Assembly: GCA_964598265.1 (NCBI GenBank)
Contig: CAZRBD010000002.1
Span: forward strand, 22,661-64,282
From: an uncultured archaeon
GTDB taxonomy: Archaea > Asgardarchaeota > Lokiarchaeia > Sigyniarchaeales > SOKP01
Reading direction: 5' to 3'
Length of the DNA: 41,622 bases
In this document: piece after piece, positions 1-7,722 of the stretch
How positions within the stretch are numbered: the first letter of the stretch is position 1
Layout: every line of letters begins with the position of its first letter
Position numbers and translations under genes: made by a program
Notes under the pieces: generated by a model
The model's input: only the letters and a program-made list of their open reading frames with translations
The model's database searches: none
What the model was told of the DNA's origin: nothing

Positions 1-114
1 CTCTAGATCTCCATATTGGACTTTTGACTCAGGAATATGTTCAACGTGGAATATTTGGTCGCGATAATAATCTTGAGATTTTATAAATTTTAAAAACGTT
101 TCAAAGTCAACCAT
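1..114 (-). CDS. 5' end of a probable DEAD/DEAH-box helicase (YprA/MrfA/Hrq1-like), running off the window edge
   Basis: Manual translation from ATG at 114: MVDFETFLKFIKSQDYYRDQIFHVEHIPESKVQYGDLE. The Y..QI.HVE.IP....YG pattern resembles YprA-family N-termini. Only 38 aa visible. Confidence 0.55.
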   Translation of the reverse strand, partial: MVDFETFLKFIKSQDYYRDQIFHVEHIPESKVQYGDLE

Positions 115-309
115 AAATAAGTTCAATATATTAAATGTACAATCAAAATTAAAAATTACAAAGAGAAGAGATTTAATTATTTCTCATGGTTTAGGCATAG
201 CATACAACTTATAAAATTATTTAATTCAAATCCAATTTCTAAATTTCATTTTTTTTTAATGTAACAATCTATTTATGGATTAAATTCAAAATTATTATAG
301 AAAATATTT

Positions 310-1329
310 TTGGATATAAAGATGTCTGAATTTGATTGGAACCAAGTCGACTTTCAACAACTTATTAATCAATTTGGAAAAGAATTTGTTATTGAAAGTG
401 CTCCAGTATTATTATATTCGAAAAAAGATAAAGAACGTGCACCGCACAATTCGCTAATTGCTGTTTTTTTAATAACCGGTGCCATATTCAGTTTCATTGC
501 TCTCACTTATTTTTTTGCTGATATATTTTTTAGTATTGTAATATTTTCAATCATTATAACTATAGGAACACTTGCAGATGTTATATTAGTAATCAATGTA
601 ATTAAATCTAACGTATACATCAAACCATTGGAGTGTTGGGTTGAAGTACATAAAACTGAATCTAAGAATGATTCTAATTATTATTGTCTTACTTATTATC
701 CAATTTTTACCGGAAAATGCCACCCAAATGAAGCTAAAAATGTCATTTTTAAGTTATATCTTGATCAAGTTATAGGAAATACAACAGATATAACTCAAAT
801 AGAATTTTATTTCAAAATTAATAGCCAAGAGCAATCAATAATAGAGAAATTAGGATTTTACTTTCAATATTCTGAAGGGAAGCCTTTTAGAGACGAAAAT
901 ATAAATCGTTCTGACTGGAGGTTTTTTCAATATAATAAACTGAAAAATGAGAATTTCATCGCTGTAGGTAATTGGGATCATCAATTTGAATGGCGTAATG
1001 ATTTAGAATTTGATTTTGATAAATTACATAAATTTGCTCCTTGGATTATTCAGAGATGGAATGAAACTAATATAAAAACATTAACAAAAGAATTCAAACG
1101 GAAAATCAATTGGAATTTAAGAGGGATTGAATCTAAGCCAAAGTTAAAGCCCTGGAAGGGCAATATAAATACACAAAGCTATAAAAATCAAAATGGTTAT
1201 AGGGATATGGAATCAGTAAACCGAGCCATATCTAAAGTAATTGGTTCTAATAAAGAATTGGAAAAGATAAAAGACATAAAAGAGCATTTATTTACTTTTA
1301 AAGCTTATTTTAGAGATTTAGGTTCTTGA
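310..1329 (+). CDS. Hypothetical membrane protein (2 N-terminal TM helices, Trp-rich soluble domain); start may be ATG at 322
   Basis: 339-aa ORF with two hydrophobic stretches at about aa 48-98; no recognised family motif. Confidence 0.75.
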   Translation: MDIKMSEFDWNQVDFQQLINQFGKEFVIESAPVLLYSKKDKERAPHNSLIAVFLITGAIFSFIALTYFFADIFFSIVIFSIIITIGTLADVILVINVIKSNVYIKPLECWVEVHKTESKNDSNYYCLTYYPIFTGKCHPNEAKNVIFKLYLDQVIGNTTDITQIEFYFKINSQEQSIIEKLGFYFQYSEGKPFRDENINRSDWRFFQYNKLKNENFIAVGNWDHQFEWRNDLEFDFDKLHKFAPWIIQRWNETNIKTLTKEFKRKINWNLRGIESKPKLKPWKGNINTQSYKNQNGYRDMESVNRAISKVIGSNKELEKIKDIKEHLFTFKAYFRDLGS

Positions 1330-1471
1330 TTAATGCTATCTCTTTCTTAAAAATAGGTAAGATGATAACTATATTAGTCATAAGTTCTTTATAAAAAAGT
1401 ATAATATTTTTATTAAAAAGTTACTATTTCCTATAAACAATCATTATAATAAAAACGAGGTAACAGTTAAA

Positions 1472-2848
1472 TTGGAAACAATTTCCATTATTGAAATAAT
1501 AACAAATAAAATTTCATACAACAAAAAAACTAATGTCTTTTCTGTAGCAATTTTAGATTTCATGTTTGTCGGTAATTACAAAAAATCAGTAAGAATCAGT
1601 GAAATACTAGATGACATATACGCCTCACTCGGAGAAGTTAATATTATTCGAGATGACATTTATTTTCTTGATTTTGAAACAAAAACAAGAATACATGGAA
1701 ATACAAAATTAAAAAACTTAAACATCCATAAAAAAGAAAAACTTGAAAGAAAAGTAAAGGTAACAGCAGATAAACATAGATCCAAGAAAACTACTGCATC
1801 TGAATCTTATGAAGTATTAATAGAGGAGGATTTAGATGAATTTTTAGATGTTAAAATTATGGAAAAGGAAGTAAGAGAAGAAAATCTTAAAGATAGAGAC
1901 GATGAAATGGAGGAATCTTTCGGTGAGAAAAAAGATGAATCAAAAGCAAGGAAAAAAGGTAAAAGTCTTCCACCTCCTGCACCTTCACCTGCATCTACAG
2001 CTCCACCCTCTCCTGGTGGAGGGTCTCCTGCAAGAGCTCCCGCAGCACCTCCGCCCCCTCCTCCTAGAGATGTTCTAGCGGGAGGAGGCGTAGCTCCTCC
2101 TAAACCAAAGCCAGTACCAAGAATAACTACTCCTGCGGTACCTCAAATATCTGTTTACGAAATTAACATGGGGCTTCAATATTATTCAGTAATGATGGAA
2201 CAAAGAAGCTATCTTTTTTATGTGTATTTTTCTCATGAAGAATTGAAAATAGTTGATGAAGAAGGAAAGGTAGTATATAAAACGACCTTTACAATTGTTA
2301 CTACTAAAAAAGAACCTCCTGTATTGGAATTACGAATTGAAGGTGAAGGATTCGAGGTTCACCCCTTATTCGGGAAAGTTGAGGTTAAAAAAGATGCTGT
2401 GAATCCCCCAGTTATGATATTTTCAATATTACCCCTTAAATCCTTAAAAAAGAGGAAGAAGAAAAGAGAAATTGAGCGTAGGTTTTTAAATGCATATATT
2501 GTTTTTGAGGGGAAAACAATTAGCCACACTATTTTATCAATAATTGTACAGCCTAAATTCTTCCGACTTGATCTCGGTCCAATACATCTAAATCTTAGCA
2601 AAAAAACGGCCTTAATAATATCTTTCATATCAATTTTAATAGCAGGGATATCCTTGGCTACAATTTTGCTCTCAATAAACCCATCATCTAATTTTAATGA
2701 TATTTTGGGAGGTCTTGTACCGGGACTTGGATCGATCATTTTCGTTGCTATCTTTCTGATAACACTGTTTAAAGAGGGTATATACCCCTTAAAGGAAAAG
2801 ATAAGTAGTTTTCTTAATTTTGACCAAACGGGAGTTCTAATAAAATAA
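1472..2848 (+). CDS. Proline-rich membrane protein: putative ubiquitin-like N-domain, acidic linker, polyproline tract, beta-rich domain, 2 C-terminal TM helices
   Basis: 458-aa ORF; PPPAPSP...APPPPPPR tract; hydrophobic helices at about aa 381-403 and 412-433. Confidence 0.8.
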   Translation: METISIIEIITNKISYNKKTNVFSVAILDFMFVGNYKKSVRISEILDDIYASLGEVNIIRDDIYFLDFETKTRIHGNTKLKNLNIHKKEKLERKVKVTADKHRSKKTTASESYEVLIEEDLDEFLDVKIMEKEVREENLKDRDDEMEESFGEKKDESKARKKGKSLPPPAPSPASTAPPSPGGGSPARAPAAPPPPPPRDVLAGGGVAPPKPKPVPRITTPAVPQISVYEINMGLQYYSVMMEQRSYLFYVYFSHEELKIVDEEGKVVYKTTFTIVTTKKEPPVLELRIEGEGFEVHPLFGKVEVKKDAVNPPVMIFSILPLKSLKKRKKKREIERRFLNAYIVFEGKTISHTILSIIVQPKFFRLDLGPIHLNLSKKTALIISFISILIAGISLATILLSINPSSNFNDILGGLVPGLGSIIFVAIFLITLFKEGIYPLKEKISSFLNFDQTGVLIK

Positions 2849-2867
2849 AATCATTATTTTTTTTTTA

Positions 2868-3764
2868 TTAAAATTTAATTTTTTGTTTTATATATTCCCA
2901 GAATTTATTTTTTAATTCACTTAATTCTTTATTTTTTAATTTCAAAAAATATAAAGACCTTTTAGCGACTTCTGGAAATTCTTTTATCTCTAAACATTTT
3001 ACAAGGTGGGGGATCTTATTTGTCATAATTTCACTCATAATGCCAATATAATTAGAATCACTTACAGTAGAGATAATTGAATCATTGTCATTTATGATTA
3101 ATTTAATATTTAAATCTTTATACTTAGGGAATTGGTTTTTAAAGGTTTCTCGCATTCCTGAACCTTTTTCTCTCCATACAAAGGGATATTTAGTGAGGAC
3201 ATCGAAACTTACAGAATTGTTCCCATCTTGAAGTAATTCATGAGTAGGAGAACAAATGAACTTTATTTTTTCCTCTCCAATTTTAATGAAGTCAAAACCA
3301 TCTCTATTATATTTCATGAAACTACCAATTCCTGCAAAATCTGCAGATCCCTTTTTAATATTTTCTATAGATTTCTGAGAATTATTAATCAGAATTTTAA
3401 AGTTTACGCTAGGATTTTTGTTTCTGAATTCTGCTATATATTTAGGTAAAACATGAGAACCAGGGATAGTAGAGGCCGATATAATAATATCTTCAATTTT
3501 TTGTTGAAAAAATTCAGAAATTTCACGTTTACAGTTATCATATATATTGATAATACTCTCTGCATGTTTCAGAAAAATTTCACCTGCTTTCGTCAACTCA
3601 AACTTTTTAGTTGATCTGTTAATTAGTTTACCACCAAATTCTTTTTCTAACTGTGAAATTTGATGGGATAGAGTACTTTGAGAAATTGGGAGTTCTTGTG
3701 CTAATTTTGAAAAACTTTTAAATTGTGTTAATTTGATAAAGTTTCTTAAGTACTCAATTTGCAT
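2868..3764 (-). CDS. LysR-family transcriptional regulator (CysL-like / selenium-metabolism-associated type)
   Basis: HTH SFSKLAQELPISQSTLSHQISQLEKEFGGKLINR; ASTIPG and REKGSG motifs; divergent from dsrE-tusA. Confidence 0.92.
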   Translation of the reverse strand: MQIEYLRNFIKLTQFKSFSKLAQELPISQSTLSHQISQLEKEFGGKLINRSTKKFELTKAGEIFLKHAESIINIYDNCKREISEFFQQKIEDIIISASTIPGSHVLPKYIAEFRNKNPSVNFKILINNSQKSIENIKKGSADFAGIGSFMKYNRDGFDFIKIGEEKIKFICSPTHELLQDGNNSVSFDVLTKYPFVWREKGSGMRETFKNQFPKYKDLNIKLIINDNDSIISTVSDSNYIGIMSEIMTNKIPHLVKCLEIKEFPEVAKRSLYFLKLKNKELSELKNKFWEYIKQKIKF

Positions 3765-3836
3765 AACAAAAAACCTTTATTTCAATTTGGGAGAATAATT
3801 CTTTATTATAATAAGGAGTTACTACAATTTATCTAT

Positions 3837-3855
3837 TTATCGATTTTTTTGATAA
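3837..3855. promoter_or_regulatory. Putative LysR operator TTATC-N9-GATAA (T-N11-A box)
   Basis: Perfect inverted repeat ttatc-gattttttt-gataa in the divergent lysR/dsrE intergenic region. Confidence 0.6.
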
Positions 3856-3938
3856 TTTATTACGATAAAATTAATAAATCTTCTCTTAATTCTCATATTA
3901 ACTGAGTTTTCATATAAAATAGGGGAATTTAGAATAAA

Positions 3939-4298
3939 ATGAGTGAAAAAAAAAAAAAGTTTACAATCGTAATAGCAGATGCCGCTTACAAGTCTGAAAG
4001 ACCTTACACGATGTTAAGGTTTGCATTAGCCGCATTACTAGAAGGTCATAAAATAAATATCTTTTTAGTTGAAGATGGTATTTTTGTAGGAAAAAAAAAT
4101 CAGGATCCTGCCTATTATGATAACGTGGGGAAATGGATGGAAGATGTGATCAAAGAAGGAGCTAATGTAAAAGCATGTGGAGTTTGCATGAAAGCCCGTG
4201 GATTATCTGAAGATGAATTCGTTGAGGGAATCAATAAAACTACGATGAGTACCTTTGTTGGAATGTGTCAAGAAGCTGATAACGTCTTATTTAGTTAA
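3939..4298 (+). CDS. DsrE/TusD-family sulfur relay protein
   Basis: IFLVEDGIF and ACGVCMKARG motifs; 119 aa. Confidence 0.9.
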   Translation: MSEKKKKFTIVIADAAYKSERPYTMLRFALAALLEGHKINIFLVEDGIFVGKKNQDPAYYDNVGKWMEDVIKEGANVKACGVCMKARGLSEDEFVEGINKTTMSTFVGMCQEADNVLFS

Positions 4299-4322
4299 AT
4301 AAATAATGAGGGAATTTAAAAT

Positions 4323-4550
4323 ATGGCAATATCAAATAAATTAGACTGTTCCGGACTTGTTTGTCCTATGCCAGTCGCAAAAACAAAAAGAATATTACTG
4401 GAGATGAATAGTGGAGATATTCTTGAAGTCAGTGGAGACTTCGCAGAAGCTGGAGAGAATATTCATCGTTATGTAGGACGTACCGAGGATAAAATTTTAG
4501 AATTCAAAACAGAAGGAGAAAATTTCTATTTGAAGATTGAGAAGGCGTAA
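4323..4550 (+). CDS. tusA: TusA/SirA-family sulfur carrier
   Basis: LDCSGLVCPMP (CPxP) motif; 75 aa; directly after dsrE. Confidence 0.9.
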   Translation: MAISNKLDCSGLVCPMPVAKTKRILLEMNSGDILEVSGDFAEAGENIHRYVGRTEDKILEFKTEGENFYLKIEKA

Positions 4551-4622
4551 TTAGATACACGTTAAATGGATTATAATACTCTTACTCTCTTAATTCTTTA
4601 ACCTTTTTATTATGAAAACAAT

Positions 4623-5339
4623 TTAACTTATGCAGAAACTAATAAAATTCTTAATTATTTCCTCGCCTACCTTTACTACATTTGCTAGTTTTTGTTTATT
4701 GCTCTTATCAGCGAATTTTTCAAGAGAAAGATGGGTTTCTGGATGAAATTGAACCGAAAATATCGGTCTTCTAACGTGCTGCATATATTGTATAGTTTCG
4801 TAGCCATCTATTTCTTTTACAGACGTAATATTAAATTCTTTTTTGATTATAGGATCATTAGGTTTGACATAATCCAAATGTTGTATATTCACTAATATCT
4901 CATTATAAGGTATTATCTCATCTATTTTATCAAGTGAAACAGATATGATTTTACTTCCATTGTAATTTCCGCTCATTCTTTGCACTTTTCCACCAAACGC
5001 ATATGCAGTCAATTGATGCCCATAACAAATTGCTAAGAGTGGCTGCTGATTCTCCATCTGAATTAATTTTATGACCTCTTGGTATTCCTTTTTCAGATTA
5101 TTATTAGATGAAAACTCAGATACGTTTGAATTAGAACCTGATAGAATATAACCTGAAATATCATTTAACTTTCCAATATCTAAGTTAGTGTAGTGTATTA
5201 CTTTTAATTCGACATACTCGTAATTATCTCTAACGATATTTTTGATTCTCTCTATTCGGTCATTAGAAAAATTAAGGGAAAAATTATCAATGAGAACAAT
5301 CACTTTTTTATCATTCTTGTATATTATGTTATTTGTCAT
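4623..5339 (-). CDS. Class I glutamine amidotransferase (GMP-synthase-like GATase domain)
   Basis: ILSGS, AICYGHQ (nucleophile Cys) and QFHPE (His/Glu of the triad). Confidence 0.88.
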   Translation of the reverse strand: MTNNIIYKNDKKVIVLIDNFSLNFSNDRIERIKNIVRDNYEYVELKVIHYTNLDIGKLNDISGYILSGSNSNVSEFSSNNNLKKEYQEVIKLIQMENQQPLLAICYGHQLTAYAFGGKVQRMSGNYNGSKIISVSLDKIDEIIPYNEILVNIQHLDYVKPNDPIIKKEFNITSVKEIDGYETIQYMQHVRRPIFSVQFHPETHLSLEKFADKSNKQKLANVVKVGEEIIKNFISFCIS

Positions 5340-5450
5340 TTTTCCAAAGTTGTTCAGAAAGAAGTGAATATTTTAGTTGAAGAGTATTAAAAAGAATTAT
5401 AGGTTTCGTTTTTCTATTTATTATTAATGAATTTAAATTAAGAGTTTATC

Positions 5451-5783
5451 ATGGTAAACGAAGTTAAGTATCAAGATTTTGCGTATAATATTGGAAAAGT
5501 AGTAAAGATCAGAGGAAAGGTGGCTAAAGAGATCTGGCAACATATGACAACAATAATAAATTCTCATGATAACATGGAATACTTCGATATGGATGAAAAT
5601 TATCAAATCGTTGTTTATTCAAAAGATCTCATTTCGCGTAGCGGGACAGTTGAATTAACAGGTGAAGTGATCAAAATTGAGGGTAAACACAAGAATCCAA
5701 AATCCAAAATTCATGATGACTTCTACGAATTCCAGTTGATTGTGGACTCATGGAAAGAAGTAGAAATTGTTAATAATTATTAA
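5451..5783 (+). CDS. Hypothetical protein, possible OB-fold
   Basis: 110-aa ORF with a beta-strand pattern (GKVVKIRGKV, VELTGEVIKI, FQLIVDSW). Confidence 0.65.
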   Translation: MVNEVKYQDFAYNIGKVVKIRGKVAKEIWQHMTTIINSHDNMEYFDMDENYQIVVYSKDLISRSGTVELTGEVIKIEGKHKNPKSKIHDDFYEFQLIVDSWKEVEIVNNY

Positions 5784-5906
5784 AATAGAAGAATTATTTT
5801 GGTTTTCGACCGTAAAACACAAGAAAATGATCTATTGGCGATTCTAAATATAAATACAAATGTAACTTATATTTCTTTAATTAATTAATAATTAATTTGA
5901 AAATAA

Positions 5907-6224
5907 ATGGAAAAATCAAAATATGCGAATGTAGCTCTTATTTTGGCTCTTTTAAGCTTAGTAAGCCCTATAATTTCAATTTTAACTAGCCAAGGAATAA
6001 TACCAAAAATAGTTATTCTTGGCACATTCGTAGTAAGTGGTACTGGACTATTAGGGTTAATATTAGGTGTTCTTGGATATAATGAAACAGAACATAAATG
6101 GAAATCAATTACAGCTATAGTTGTTTATATAGTAGGTACACTTTTATACTTCATTTTTGGATACTCAGTAATGGTTGATGCTTTAATGGACATAATGTCG
6201 GGTTTAATCCCTTATCCCTATTAG
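5907..6224 (+). CDS. Small 3-TM membrane protein
   Basis: 105 aa with three hydrophobic segments. Confidence 0.7.
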   Translation: MEKSKYANVALILALLSLVSPIISILTSQGIIPKIVILGTFVVSGTGLLGLILGVLGYNETEHKWKSITAIVVYIVGTLLYFIFGYSVMVDALMDIMSGLIPYPY

Positions 6225-6290
6225 GAATTAAGCTAGTATTACTACATGCTTACCTATTTTCGTATAGGAAATAAATAATAAAAAAATTGT

Positions 6291-7481
6291 TTAACGCTTT
6301 AAATTCGCTGATACCCAATCAAAATAGCCTTTATCGTCCAATTCTTTTGGTACTGCCTCAAAGAATTGTTTTGTAATGTCTTTCAGGTGTTTTGCGGCAA
6401 TCGGGTGAAACATCATCGCCAAATCCAACCCAACCAAAGTCAACGAAAGAGCATTTAAAACTTCCCAAATTGGTCCCCGATATTGACGTAGCCCCCATTG
6501 GGGAGCTATTTTTTCACTCATCCAGGCTTCCCTCGCACCCCAAGCGTTCGTAGTTCCACCACTAATCGGGTAAGCTAAATCAGTCTCCCCTAGTAGTCCA
6601 GCAACTCGCATTCGTTGATAAATACTGAAGCTATACTCCATCCCGTATCCTAAAATCGCAGCTACATAAGAATTTTATGTAATTTAAGCTGTTGCGCAGG
6701 TTGGATCCATCACGATCCTGTTAGGGGGGAGTCCCAGTTCAAGTGCGTCTTTATTCATTTTAATTTGATTGTTCATATCTAAGCTAGTCCATAGCAAACA
6801 ATTGTGGTCATATTTCACAGCAAGAGGGATAACTTCTTCCCACGTAGCTTTATCAGCAGCAGATAACATTAAGACTTCACTTTCAGTGGCCGCGGCAGTA
6901 ACTTCAAATAGCTCAACATCCTTTTTCTTATTCCCGGAACATCCAATTATGATAGGAACATCGACGGCTTGTAGAATATCTTCTAAAAATTTTAGAGATT
7001 GCGAAACTGGCGCGTCTCCCATTGCTGGATCTATTTCGAGTGAATGAAAAGTAATACACTCTGCTCCGAATTTATTAACAGCCCGTTTTGCCCATTCAGC
7101 AGGATCACCTAAAACTTCGCTATACTGTTGTTTAATTGGTTTTGGAAGCATCATTTTAGCACCCATGTCGAATACATCATAGGTTATGAGAGGAGGATTA
7201 GGATTCCTCTTATCAAGTCCTAAAAAGTTATAAAAGGGAGGTACAACTTCTCCACCAATTACAGTTTTTTTACCATTTGAGCGAATGAATTCTACAGTTT
7301 GAATTTTCCCAGGAAAATCAATATCGAGGGAAAATTTAGCAGGTGTCCATACAGCTTTCCCTGGAACTCCAGGTAATACTGCTTGAGCGGCAGCCTGTAC
7401 GATGCTTGGCAACATTTGAAATTCAAGATATTCCGCAAATAAATCTACATCAGTAAATTCTACTTCTTCAGTATCCCTCAT
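6291..7481 (-). CDS. cdhD: CO dehydrogenase/acetyl-CoA synthase delta subunit (corrinoid Fe-S protein small subunit); exons 7481..6691 and 6654..6291, 384 aa after splicing; start may extend to 7520
   Basis: IGGEVVPPFY, DPAEWAK, VDVPIIIGCSGN and DMNNQIKMN in exon 1; LGYGMEYSFS, NAWGAREAW, RGPIWE and MMFHP in exon 2. Both ORF pieces are in the same frame, and removing 36 nt gives IVMDPTCATLGYGMEYS. Confidence 0.93.
6655..6690 (-). other. 36-nt bulge-helix-bulge (BHB) mRNA intron in cdhD
   Basis: Intron AGCUUAAAUUACAUAAAAUUCUUAUGUAGCUGCGAU. Central helix CGCA/UGCG, bulges AC^A and AU^U, intron helices GCU/AGC and UACAUAA/UUAUGUA. Contains two in-frame UAA stops; canonical cuts restore the frame. 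Confidence 0.85.
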
Positions 7482-7722
7482 GAATTCCGCTAATTTTTTA
7501 CTTATTTCTTCGAAGGAAATTTTTCATCACTTTTTTTTATTTTTTTTTGAAATCAATAGATAGACAATAGTAAAATTGAATTTAAGTTTTATTTAAAAGG
7601 AGGGTACGACGAATTCAGTCATTTCATGTAGGATTATGATAATTTTCAAATCCAAATGAATGGAAATTATGAGAAAAATGATTAAAAAAGGCTTTAAAAA
7701 TTAAAATTGATAATTTATATTT

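Noticed and set aside
1970-2145. GC-rich CCT/CCA repeats as a DNA repeat or foreign insert
   Set aside because: They are explained by Pro/Ala/Gly codons with varied third positions.
3939-4550. Selenocysteine in DsrE or TusA
   Set aside because: The active-site residues are Cys codons and both genes end in TAA.
6657-6685. Alternative BHB register with central helix CAGC/GCUG
   Set aside because: It would excise 29 nt and shift the frame, and the 5' bulge is not 3 nt.
6291-7481. cdhD as a pseudogene, two separate genes, or stop-codon readthrough (Sec/Pyl)
   Set aside because: The stops are two UAA codons inside a 12-codon insert relative to the family motif. The BHB geometry predicts exact removal, and the exons show no other lesions.
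7617-7683. SECIS-like hairpin (ATGA-TAATTTTCA...TGGAAATTA-TGA) on the plus strand
   Set aside because: The GA quartet is out of register by one base, and no plus-strand gene with an in-frame UGA lies upstream. It may be chance pairing in AT-rich DNA.
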